A stretch of 42,539 nucleotides of DNA, from positions 1 through 42,539 of IMG/VR virus record IMGVR_UViG_3300045988_141277. One strand, given 5' to 3'. Each line of letters opens with the position of its first letter. Position 1 is the first letter of the stretch. This document shows, piece after piece, positions 27,769 to 35,437 of the stretch. The notes beneath the pieces were generated by a model that was given only the letters and a program-made list of their open reading frames with translations, did no database searches and was not told the DNA's origin. This stretch comes from a virus. The position numbers were made by a program, and so were the translations under genes.

Positions 27769-28031
27769 TTAATACCACTCCTTTCTAATTCTAATAATTT
27801 ATTTCTATATCTATTATCATTCGTTAATCTAATAAGACTTTCTATATCTCTTTTACTTAGCTTATCGTCTATCTCTCTTTTTATAGCCATAATAACCAGT
27901 ATCTTAGCTTTATAAAAATTATTTACATGTGTATGTCCGTTTTCAAATTTCTTGTTTGTATTATGTACAACAAATCCGTCACTACATCTATAAATTGAAT
28001 ACTCTTTTCTTTGAAATATTTTTCTACTCAT
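27765..28031 (-). CDS. hypothetical protein
   Basis: 88-aa ORF, translationally coupled to the HNH gene. Confidence 0.5.
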   Translation of the reverse strand: MSRKIFQRKEYSIYRCSDGFVVHNTNKKFENGHTHVNNFYKAKILVIMAIKREIDDKLSKRDIESLIRLTNDNRYRNKLLELERSGIK

Positions 28032-28058
28032 TTAGATCAACTCTTTCTTTGCACAACA

Positions 28059-28083
28059 AAAGAGCCCTTCATGGGCTCTCTTT
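28059..28083. terminator. intrinsic terminator ending the intergenic RNA candidate
   Basis: AGAGCCC pairs with GGGCTCT. On the minus strand the stem is followed by CUUUUGUUGUG. Confidence 0.65.
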
Positions 28084-28440
28084 ACTTTAAACTAATAAAT
28101 CAGGGTATGAGTTAAATAAAATTAAAATATGTTTCTGTTGTTGTATGATAGTAATTACAATTAGCAAGTTGTAGGATTCGAACCTACATCGTTGGGGGCG
28201 ATTTCCATTACTTGCACATTGCTGAGGTTTTACCCCCAGCCATTTTCTGTCATAACCAAGTTGTTAATTTGTATATTCTTAATACTTAAGGAGGACACAA
28301 GTCTGTGCCAAGAAAAAACTGTACGTTAAAGAACAACTATAATGTTTGTCAAATAGGTTACCAAGCTATCTGACAACTTAATAAGAGTTCGTAAAGAAAA
28401 CAACCTTTTTATTAGAGTTTCTCTATACTATCATTATATT
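28084..28440 (-). ncRNA. candidate structured non-coding RNA (unknown class)
   Basis: 445-nt ORF-free gap with GC-rich helices in an AT-rich genome. There is an 11-bp hairpin (28346..28376), a GCUGGGG/CCUCAGC hairpin (28221..28240), a possible TTTTCA-17-TATAAT promoter (28433..28461), and a terminator at the 3' end. Confidence 0.45.
28164..28215 (-). ncRNA. tRNA-like minihelix (canonical T-arm + 6-7 bp acceptor-like stem, no D-arm and no CCA)
   Basis: The minus strand reads GCAAGUA-AUGGAA-AUCG[CCCCCAA]CGAU-GUAGG[UUCGAAU]CCUAC-AACUUGC. The T-loop is UUCGAAU. Confidence 0.4.
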
Positions 28441-28477
28441 ATCGGTAATCCCCTATGAAAACCCCACATATTCCCTA

Positions 28478-28963
28478 TTAAATCCCCAACGCTTCAACTC
28501 CCCACAATAAGATATTTAATTTATTTAATACCTCTTTTGCCCATCTTGCTGGAGTGTTTTTGCCTGTATTAAGTCTTTCGGCTATTTCTTCAAATGTAAT
28601 TTTTTCTATGTAATACATATGAAAAGCATCGTATATGTAATAAGTTCCATTTTCTTCGTATTCATCAGCTAATATTTCTAATGATATATCTATACAAGAA
28701 ACCATTTGTGCTGTTCTTGCTTTTGTTCTAAGTACACTGTTAAGGAATATATCATTTTCTTCTAGCGCATCTTGTAATTCTTCTCCAAAATATCCTTTGA
28801 AACCATCGCTATTAACTTTTTCTATATGATTTTTTAGTTTGTCGTAGTTTTTCATTAATAGTTTAGTATTGTGTAATCTTTTATCTTTTTGTTGTTTTTT
28901 TATTTCAAATACTACTTCCTTAGCTAATTCTTTTGCTTGTTCACTTACGTTTAATGTTGCCAT
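28478..28963 (-). CDS. putative late-gene transcriptional activator (ArpU/RinA-like, sigma-70 region-4-like HTH)
   Basis: C-terminal HTH ITFEEIAERLNTGKNTPARWAKEVLNKL. It is the last early gene before the packaging module. Confidence 0.5.
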   Translation of the reverse strand: MATLNVSEQAKELAKEVVFEIKKQQKDKRLHNTKLLMKNYDKLKNHIEKVNSDGFKGYFGEELQDALEENDIFLNSVLRTKARTAQMVSCIDISLEILADEYEENGTYYIYDAFHMYYIEKITFEEIAERLNTGKNTPARWAKEVLNKLNILLWGVEALGI

Positions 28964-29003
28964 GCTCCCACACTCCTGTTATAATATTATTAAGGAATTT
29001 GTC

Positions 29004-29028
29004 GGAATGTGAAAGCATTCCTTTTTTT
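29004..29028 (+). terminator. plus-strand-oriented intrinsic terminator in a minus-strand gene block
   Basis: GGAATG-tgaaag-CATTCC followed by seven T on the plus strand. There is no U-run in the minus sense. Confidence 0.6.
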
Positions 29029-29048
29029 ATGTCAATTATTTGTATTTA

Positions 29049-29123
29049 TTAGATATATAATTTACTCACTATCCATGCACCAATAACCACTATGATTATT
29101 GCATCTGCTATTGCTCTATTCAT
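29049..29123 (-). CDS. possible 24-aa hydrophobic peptide
   Basis: MNRAIADAIIIVVIGAWIVSKLYI. The ATG overlaps the upstream stop (ATGAATAG). Confidence 0.25.
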   Translation of the reverse strand: MNRAIADAIIIVVIGAWIVSKLYI

Positions 29124-29265
29124 ATTCTTCTATTTCCCAATCTTCTGGAATAGCTACCTCTTGGCAACTATATCCTAATACCTTAGATATTGAGCAACCT
29201 TCGCAGTCATCTTGTTTAGTACATTCTTTTTTTATTGTTAGTAATGCTTGCTTTACTTCTTCCAT
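29116..29265 (-). CDS. hypothetical 49-aa Cys-containing protein
   Basis: RBS GGAGGAAG. TAATG overlap with the YopX gene. Confidence 0.45.
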   Translation of the reverse strand: MEEVKQALLTIKKECTKQDDCEGCSISKVLGYSCQEVAIPEDWEIEEYE

Positions 29266-29681
29266 TATTCTTCCTCCAATAAGTTTTTATTCTCGTATAT
29301 ATTTCCTATAACTGTACCAAATTCAACTTGGGCATCACATATCAATTCTTCATCTCCATCTGCATAATAATCAAAATAGCAAACAAAGAATGCTCCTCGT
29401 TTATATACTATTTTTCCTATATGTTCCCACGTTGAACCTATTTCTCTATCGTCTACTCCTTCTAATCTTATTATATCTCCCTCATATATTTCTTTGCCGT
29501 TAGCATCTTTATAACCTGTATATTGTCCAGCGCTTTCCTTATCTACAATAAATACTTTTCTAATACCAGCTGTTACGTATGCATTAGATGAACCATCTAT
29601 AAAAATTGATTGATGTAATCCATAACCATAAACCCATTTTTGATTGAAACTGTCATACCCTCTGAATTTAATTTCTCTCAT
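29265..29681 (-). CDS. YopX-family protein
   Basis: The N-terminus MREIKFRGYD...KWVYGY is characteristic of YopX. Confidence 0.7.
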   Translation of the reverse strand: MREIKFRGYDSFNQKWVYGYGLHQSIFIDGSSNAYVTAGIRKVFIVDKESAGQYTGYKDANGKEIYEGDIIRLEGVDDREIGSTWEHIGKIVYKRGAFFVCYFDYYADGDEELICDAQVEFGTVIGNIYENKNLLEEE

Positions 29682-29793
29682 AATCTTCCTCCAATTCCTT
29701 TTCAGCTAATTTAATTGCTTCTAATGTGCTATATCCCTTTTCTATGTATTTCTTAGCCATTTCGACTAATTCTTTGTATCTTGCTAATATCAA
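29668..29793 (-). CDS. hypothetical 41-aa protein (TTG start)
   Basis: RBS AGGAGGTG lies 5 nt upstream of the TTG. The ORF overlaps the YopX start. Confidence 0.35.
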   Translation of the reverse strand: MILARYKELVEMAKKYIEKGYSTLEAIKLAEKELEEDYERN

Positions 29794-29804
29794 TCTATCA
29801 CCTC

Positions 29805-30065
29805 CTAAAAGAATGTAAGTTGTTCATAATCAACTTGTTTTATTTCTTCTTTTTCAAATTCTTCTGCTGGATCCTTCCAATAAATTCGACCGCATGTATA
29901 ACTACAATTTTTCGTTCTATCACAATCTTTGCAGCATTGATTTTTACAAATTCTATTTAAATCAAGTTCTTCGTTGCTTTCTATTTGTTCCAGCAGCATT
30001 AACTCTTTTACCGAATCCATTCTCTCGCAGCCTAAAGTTGTAAGATTTTCACATTCAAATTCCAT
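29805..30065 (-). CDS. hypothetical Cys-rich protein
   Basis: 86-aa ORF containing CKNQCCKDCDRTKNCSYTC. Confidence 0.5.
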   Translation of the reverse strand: MEFECENLTTLGCERMDSVKELMLLEQIESNEELDLNRICKNQCCKDCDRTKNCSYTCGRIYWKDPAEEFEKEEIKQVDYEQLTFF

Positions 30066-30067
30066 TT

Positions 30068-30694
30068 TTATTTTCTCTTTTCGTTAATTTTTATTATCAA
30101 TTTAGCTATATTTACACCTGTTTTCGTCAATTCTTTATCATGAAAAATTAATTTTTCATGGTTCATTCTTAGTAATTGACTTTTATTAATTAATATTAAA
30201 TTATCTTTTTCTAAGTTCAATTTGTTTTGATCAGCAAATATAACTACATCATCTTGTGTTAATTTGACATTATGATATTTTTCATATAGAATCCTATGCT
30301 TTAATTTCCACACATTAGGTTCTTTTACTTTTATTAGAATATATCCTTTAACGTCAGTTCTTTCACTGCCCACTTCTTTTTTATTCCAAGGTTTATGCCC
30401 TTTTTTAAAAGAAGTTTTATTTATTCCTGTAAGCCCTTTTGTGCCTTTATTCCAGGTTTTATGTCCTTTTTTAAATTGGCCGTTAAATCCTGTATTATAG
30501 CCAAATCTTTTAATTGCATTTTCTATTTGAGCTAAATTAAAATTATACTCAAACTTTTCGTTCATTAAATCAAGTATTTCCTTGCGATGTTTTCCTGAAG
30601 TTATTTCTCCAAGATATTCTTTTTCTTCTTTGGTCCATATATGGCGAGTTTTATTTATCTTACTCACCACCTTCAAGCATTTTTGGCATTTCAT
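30068..30694 (-). CDS. free-standing HNH_3-type homing endonuclease with NUMOD3 repeats
   Basis: FKKGHKTWNKG and FKKGHKPWNKK (NUMOD3-like), then GYILIKV...HRILYEKYH...NLILI. The first HNH histidine appears to be replaced. Confidence 0.65.
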   Translation of the reverse strand: MKCQKCLKVVSKINKTRHIWTKEEKEYLGEITSGKHRKEILDLMNEKFEYNFNLAQIENAIKRFGYNTGFNGQFKKGHKTWNKGTKGLTGINKTSFKKGHKPWNKKEVGSERTDVKGYILIKVKEPNVWKLKHRILYEKYHNVKLTQDDVVIFADQNKLNLEKDNLILINKSQLLRMNHEKLIFHDKELTKTGVNIAKLIIKINEKRK

Positions 30695-30899
30695 CTTTAT
30701 TACTTCCGTACTCTAATTCTACTGTTTTTGCTTTTAATACAACATTGGCATTATTGATAATTTGATTAGAGATACCTACTATCGCTTTACTTCTTGCTAT
30801 CTCTTTTTCTAATTCTTCTCCTGCTAAATCTTCTTCATTTAAGCGCTCCAGTTGAGCAAATAAATGATTGTTTAGGTCACCCAAGGTGTTGCGTGGCAT
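30660..30899 (-). CDS. hypothetical protein
   Basis: 79-aa ORF. Its 3' end overlaps the HNH gene start by 35 nt. Confidence 0.5.
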   Translation of the reverse strand: MPRNTLGDLNNHLFAQLERLNEEDLAGEELEKEIARSKAIVGISNQIINNANVVLKAKTVELEYGSNKDEMPKMLEGGE

Positions 30900-30912
30900 A
30901 AAATCATCCTCC

Positions 30913-31380
30913 CTATATATTTAGATATTTTTTTATAACTTGTATAGCTTCTTCACACGAGTAGCACACTTTAACCTCATAACCTTGCTCTAATAGGTTT
31001 CTAATCCATTTCTTTTGATTGTCGGTACATTTATTACGCCCAACTTTCATCTCTATAAATAGACCGTGTTTTGGGCTTCTAGGAACTGGTAAAAATAAAT
31101 CTGGCACTCCTGATTTTGTCCCTGTAGCTTTTAATTTTCTAGCCTCTGCTTTATTTCTATATCCCCCATTAGGAATAGCGAATATTAATTTTAATTCTGA
31201 GTATTTGCAAGATTGTAAATTGCACCATTGAATTAGAGTTGCTTGTTCTAAATCTTCACCTTTCATTTTTAGTCCTCCCGTTGCTTTAGTTTCTAAATCT
31301 CTATCTGCATTTCTTATAGCTTTATATGCTGTGTCATCTGCGTAGCCTTCTGAATTTCTATCTAGTGTATATCTGTCCAT
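30913..31380 (-). CDS. VRR-NUC domain nuclease
   Basis: ...SGVPDLFL...GLFIEMKVG... matches the PD-(D/E)xK VRR-NUC signature. Confidence 0.7.
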   Translation of the reverse strand: MDRYTLDRNSEGYADDTAYKAIRNADRDLETKATGGLKMKGEDLEQATLIQWCNLQSCKYSELKLIFAIPNGGYRNKAEARKLKATGTKSGVPDLFLPVPRSPKHGLFIEMKVGRNKCTDNQKKWIRNLLEQGYEVKVCYSCEEAIQVIKKYLNI

Positions 31381-31388
31381 ATTGCCCC

Positions 31389-31787
31389 CTATTTTGCTGT
31401 TCTGTACGGTGCTAACATTGTTACTAATTTATGTACTAATATTTCTTTGTCTTTTGTTATTTTCGCCTCACTGTTTATCGCTGGTCCTCTTTTTTCTTCT
31501 GCACGATATTCTTCTCTACAAGTATTACTACAAAATCTTTGATTTGCTCTATTGCTTGTATATTCTTTGCCACAATACTCACATATTTTTTTATTAGCGT
31601 TTTTAATGAAATTTATTTCCCATGTATTTTTATAAGGTTTTTCTTGTCTTATAGCTGATGCTACAGCTCCAGCGTATATTTTTTTGCCATACACACCTGT
31701 AAGATACTTCGCTACTGCATTTTGGCCTGTAAATTCTAATACTTCTCCAGTTTTTATATTTTTCACTTCGATTATATTTTTTTCCAT
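31389..31787 (-). CDS. DNA-binding protein with NUMOD1-like N-terminus and zinc ribbon
   Basis: EFTGQNAVAKYLTG... followed by CEYCGKEYTSNRANQRFCSNTC. This is the same ribbon type as in the intron HNH protein. Confidence 0.45.
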   Translation of the reverse strand: MEKNIIEVKNIKTGEVLEFTGQNAVAKYLTGVYGKKIYAGAVASAIRQEKPYKNTWEINFIKNANKKICEYCGKEYTSNRANQRFCSNTCREEYRAEEKRGPAINSEAKITKDKEILVHKLVTMLAPYRTAK

Positions 31788-31789
31788 TA

Positions 31790-32332
31790 CTATTCACCCC
31801 TTCTCTTTACTTTTTTTGTTTCTAGTGATTTCAAATAGACTTGCAACTCCTCAGGACTTAATTTGTATTCTTTTACTTTGCTGCATTTTTTCTCGCTTTC
31901 GTAATTGCCTTTTAACTTTATTTCTCCAGCTTGTAAGAAAAATACACCACCGTTGTTATGTCTTGGTTTTATTTTTTGAACTGTCACCTCGTCATGTTTT
32001 TTTGTTTCTTTCTTTAGGCAGCCACAACTTTTTGTTATTCTATGTTGTAGATTACTTTCTCTTACCACTGTTGTATTTCCACATTCACATTGACATTTCC
32101 AGTATCTTCTGCTTTTTTCTACATGATCTAGTTCTAATACAACTAATTTCCCATATATTTTACCTGTCAAATCTACTACTTTTGGCTGTCTAGTAAGTCC
32201 CATATCCTTTATGTATTTTCTTATAGTGCTTTTATCTCTATTTAGTTCGTATGAAATATTCAAAATGCTTAATCCTTCGTTATGTAATCTTTTTATCTTT
32301 CTCTTTTCTATATCTGATAGTCTTGGTGCCAT
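31790..32332 (-). CDS. HTH + zinc-ribbon DNA-binding protein
   Basis: Resolvase-type HTH LSILNISYELNRDKSTIRKYI, followed by YGKLVVL...WKCQCECGNTTVV...SCGC. Confidence 0.45.
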   Translation of the reverse strand: MAPRLSDIEKRKIKRLHNEGLSILNISYELNRDKSTIRKYIKDMGLTRQPKVVDLTGKIYGKLVVLELDHVEKSRRYWKCQCECGNTTVVRESNLQHRITKSCGCLKKETKKHDEVTVQKIKPRHNNGGVFFLQAGEIKLKGNYESEKKCSKVKEYKLSPEELQVYLKSLETKKVKRRGE

Positions 32333-32389
32333 AATTAACCCCCTTTCGCCTAGAAGATTTAACTCCTAGGCTATTTATTTGTAAGTCTC

Positions 32390-33130
32390 TTATATAACTC
32401 CACGTAATCTATAATTATTTTCAAGTCCTCTAGGAAACTCTATAACGTTGCCTTGACACATCTCGATTAATCTACTGCCAATAGCTTCATCCCAGTTTAG
32501 AATCTCTTTTACGCTCTTTTCTGTACTGATTATCATTGGCATACTCTTTAGATATCTAGTATTGATTATTTTATATACATGCTTTCTATCAGCTACTGTA
32601 GGCTCACCTTTTAGGAAATCGTCTAAAAACAATACTGGTGGATTTATGTACTTTTCTAAGCTTCTTATATATTCTTCTTCATCCATTGATGTTTGTTTTA
32701 AATCTGTTAGCATTGATATATATTCTCTGTAGACACATCCTGTATTATTTTCTATTAGTCTTAACATAGTTGCCACACCAATATGGGTTTTACCTGAGCC
32801 TGGTTGACCGCTAAGCATCAAGCTTGCTTTTGTTTCTTTAAAATTTTTACTATAGTCCATAGCCTTTGCCTTCGCTTCTAATTGCCATTCGTTGTTAACT
32901 ATAAATGTTTTAAACGTTCTTTGCTTGAAAGCTTCTGTAAGCCCACTACGCTCCATTTTTTCGACACTTTGTTTCTTTTCTAGACACTCACATGGTACTG
33001 CTACTTCATATCCATCTTGTATTTTAAAAATATATCCTCTATCTTCACATAGAGAGCAGTCATATTTTATTTGTTCTGGACTATGTTTTTCTAAAGTAGC
33101 TTTTATTCTGTTTAGTAAAGCAGCATCCAT
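32390..33130 (-). CDS. DnaC/IstB-like AAA+ helicase loader
   Basis: Walker A GQPGSGKTH, Walker B LFLDDF, and an N-terminal CxxC...CEC motif. Confidence 0.8.
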   Translation of the reverse strand: MDAALLNRIKATLEKHSPEQIKYDCSLCEDRGYIFKIQDGYEVAVPCECLEKKQSVEKMERSGLTEAFKQRTFKTFIVNNEWQLEAKAKAMDYSKNFKETKASLMLSGQPGSGKTHIGVATMLRLIENNTGCVYREYISMLTDLKQTSMDEEEYIRSLEKYINPPVLFLDDFLKGEPTVADRKHVYKIINTRYLKSMPMIISTEKSVKEILNWDEAIGSRLIEMCQGNVIEFPRGLENNYRLRGVI

Positions 33131-34102
33131 CTAATCATCTCCTTCTAGTTCTCTTTCTAGTTCTAGCATTCTTTTATATCGTTCTGAATTTGGATCTATT
33201 GCATCATTACCATTTGATACTTTAAATTTTTCTTCTAGTCTGTCTAAAAAGTCCATATTTTGTTTTTCTGTTGATTCTTGTTGTCTAGGTTTGTTTTGTT
33301 CTTGCTGCAATTTGTATGCTTGTAATTGTTCCATTGTGTATATGTTATTGTTGGTCCAGTTGTTGATTATCCCTTTTAAATAGCCTAAGTTAGTTTTACT
33401 TCGCTCTGTACATATCTCTATTGCTCTTTTAAAAAGTGAATAATCTATGTCCTTACTTATATCTATAAGCCATTCTGATGTTACTCCATTTATTACTCCT
33501 ATATTATTTTCATAGAGTTTAGCAAACTTACCTACCGACTTATTATTTGTATCCTCTTCTATATATGTAGGTCTATCTCTATCTCTATCTCTATCTCTAT
33601 CTCTATCTCTATCTCTATCTCTAATTATGGTGGAGATTTGGTCGGACATTTGTCCTGTACTTTCGGACGATTGTTGGGACATTTGTCCTGTTGTTTGCCC
33701 TTTTCCTTCTGATAACTGTTTCTTTTCTTCATCAATTCTTCTTCTGTAATTTCTTTTTCTATCTGCTTCTGTAGAACTTTTACCTATAAAGTCTTGAATA
33801 TCTAGCATATAGATAGCTCCATTGTCTAGTATTTCTACTAATCCTAATTGTCTAAATATATCGACTGCTTTTTCTACTACTGCTACTGGATGCCTAGTAA
33901 CATTAGCAAGCATTGTTGAATTATATGGTATTCTGTCATTAAACATTAATTTCCCTGTATTTTTTAAACTTCTAAGATAAAGTTTTAAAAGTATGTTTGA
34001 ATATAAATAACCATCTGGCATACTTTCAAGTATTATCATTTCATCTCTGTCAAAGAAATTATCTACTAATTTTAGATAATAATATTTTTGATTGTCGCTC
34101 AT
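33131..34102 (-). CDS. replisome organizer / DnaD-domain replication initiator
   Basis: The N-terminus YYLKLVDNFFDRDEMIILE matches the replisome organizer family. The C-terminal DnaD-like region is FAKLYENNIGV...GYLKGIINNW. Confidence 0.8.
   Translation of the reverse strand: MSDNQKYYYLKLVDNFFDRDEMIILESMPDGYLYSNILLKLYLRSLKNTGKLMFNDRIPYNSTMLANVTRHPVAVVEKAVDIFRQLGLVEILDNGAIYMLDIQDFIGKSSTEADRKRNYRRRIDEEKKQLSEGKGQTTGQMSQQSSESTGQMSDQISTIIRDRDRDRDRDRDRDRDRPTYIEEDTNNKSVGKFAKLYENNIGVINGVTSEWLIDISKDIDYSLFKRAIEICTERSKTNLGYLKGIINNWTNNNIYTMEQLQAYKLQQEQNKPRQQESTEKQNMDFLDRLEEKFKVSNGNDAIDPNSERYKRMLELERELEGDD
33570..33620 (-). repeat. hexanucleotide tandem repeat (TCTATC)x8.5 encoding (RD)8R
   Basis: Read directly from the sequence. 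It is in frame inside the replisome organizer linker. Confidence 0.95.
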
Positions 34103-34157
34103 TACTAAGCCTCCTTATTTATTACTTTTCTAGGAAGGGGATTGCTCCCCAACCTAG

Positions 34158-35045
34158 CTACATATCCATTACTTGCTGTCCTTCTATTTGTCCGCTATCT
34201 TCTTCTATAGGTTCTTCTGTGTACTCTACATCTTGCACTGGCTCATAGTCTGTTAGTAGTTGTAATAGCTCGTCCACTTCTTCGAATTTTAAGTCTTTTA
34301 GGTCATATCCGTTACTGCTGCAGAAATATTCAAGCTTTGATGTATCTTTAGCATCTTCGTGACTATATAATCCTTTTACTTCTGCCATTGCTAATAACTT
34401 TCTCTTTTGTTCTGATGTTGCTTTGCCTATTACTACTTCTTTAGTAGGTAATTTATCAGGTACACTTTGTATTTCTGCGCTATCATACATACCTTGAAAA
34501 TCTGTTGGAAATGCCTCCCTTAAGGCTGATACCATAGCACATTTTCTTATCATAACTCCAGGCATCTGTTTCCATGTAGCTTGTCCTTTTGAATATTCTT
34601 CAAAAGCTACTGTAGACTTGATAGGCATCTTTCTATCTTTTCTATATACTTCACACCAGCCACCAACTATTATGTCTTTTTTTAGTTTTGCAGTTCCTTC
34701 TATTTCTATCATTTCGTTATTTCTTTCTACTAATATTCCTGCTCTCATTCCCTCGAATTGCGGATGTTGGTCTGCTCTTTTAACAAACACATCTTTCCCA
34801 ACTATTATGTTAGCTGGTTGACTTCCGAATTTAATTATATAAGCATCGTTTTGCAATGGATTTAAATGTCTTGATTTGCATAACTCCAAGAAAAATAAAA
34901 CTTCTTGATCTGTTACATTCCCATTTCCTCTTACTAAATAATTTCTAACTGTATCAGCATTTAAAACTTGTCCACCTTCTAATGTAAAACTAGCTAATGC
35001 TAATGCATTATCATTTGCTTGTACTGCTTTAGTCATGTTATTCAC
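34158..35045 (-). CDS. recT: RecT-family single-strand annealing protein
   Basis: ...FLELCKSRHLNPLQNDAYIIKFG...GKDVFVKRA... is RecT-like. Confidence 0.8.
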   Translation of the reverse strand: MNNMTKAVQANDNALALASFTLEGGQVLNADTVRNYLVRGNGNVTDQEVLFFLELCKSRHLNPLQNDAYIIKFGSQPANIIVGKDVFVKRADQHPQFEGMRAGILVERNNEMIEIEGTAKLKKDIIVGGWCEVYRKDRKMPIKSTVAFEEYSKGQATWKQMPGVMIRKCAMVSALREAFPTDFQGMYDSAEIQSVPDKLPTKEVVIGKATSEQKRKLLAMAEVKGLYSHEDAKDTSKLEYFCSSNGYDLKDLKFEEVDELLQLLTDYEPVQDVEYTEEPIEEDSGQIEGQQVMDM

Positions 35046-35340
35046 CTTCCTTATTTATCTCTAATTCTTCTATATTAAGTCGTAAAGCATATAATAAACT
35101 GCTTTCATAACTATCATGTTTTCTATTTCCTATTTGTTTTAATGTGTCTTTATAGTGTTCTTTGAATATATCTAATGTCATAAACTCTCTATTTCTTAGA
35201 GCAAATTCAGCTCCTTCTATAAATCCTAATCTACCTTCTGGGTCATTAGTGTTTCTATATAGTCTAACTAGGAATAATCTTTGTTCTAGTGTCTTTATAT
35301 CTGAGTTTTTTACTCCCTCAGATTGTAATTTTAACTTCAT
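35038..35340 (-). CDS. hypothetical protein
   Basis: 100-aa ORF overlapping the recT start by 8 nt. Confidence 0.5.
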   Translation of the reverse strand: MKLKLQSEGVKNSDIKTLEQRLFLVRLYRNTNDPEGRLGFIEGAEFALRNREFMTLDIFKEHYKDTLKQIGNRKHDSYESSLLYALRLNIEELEINKEGE

Positions 35341-35400
35341 ATTATCCCCCTTTTATGTTATAATTTAAGTATCTTATATTACATATAGTGTTTGATTTAT

Positions 35401-35437
35401 AGCTATCTAGATTTGGTACTCTAGATAGCTTATTTTG
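35401..35437 (+). terminator. perfect 11-bp hairpin with the T-run only on the plus strand
   Basis: AGCTATCTAGA (35401..35411) pairs with TCTAGATAGCT (35420..35430), followed by TATTTTGTT. Confidence 0.45.

Noticed and set aside
28164-28215. A bona fide tRNA gene (GGTTCGAATCC T-loop on the minus strand)
   Set aside because: No cloverleaf can be drawn. The element is only 52 nt between the acceptor strands. It has no D-arm, no 5-bp anticodon stem, C instead of U33 in the only 7-nt loop, and no CCA. An upstream D-arm-like segment (28346..28376) is better explained as an 11-bp hairpin. It is kept only as a tRNA-like element.
28279-28372. Plus-strand mini-ORF (GTG start, 22 aa) after AAGGAGG in the intergenic region
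   Set aside because: The spacing to the GTG is long (10 nt) and the product is short with no features. The AAGGAGG is more likely part of the RNA structure on the opposite strand.
31684-32193. 169-aa plus-strand ORF
   Set aside because: It lies antisense to two well-supported minus-strand genes. Its composition is low-complexity L/F/S-rich, as is typical of shadow frames in AT-rich DNA, and it has no RBS.
33570-33620. Short regularly repeated sequence as a CRISPR-like array
   Set aside because: It is a contiguous 6-bp microsatellite with no spacers, in frame within a coding gene ((RD)n). No CRISPR repeat-spacer architecture was seen anywhere in the window.
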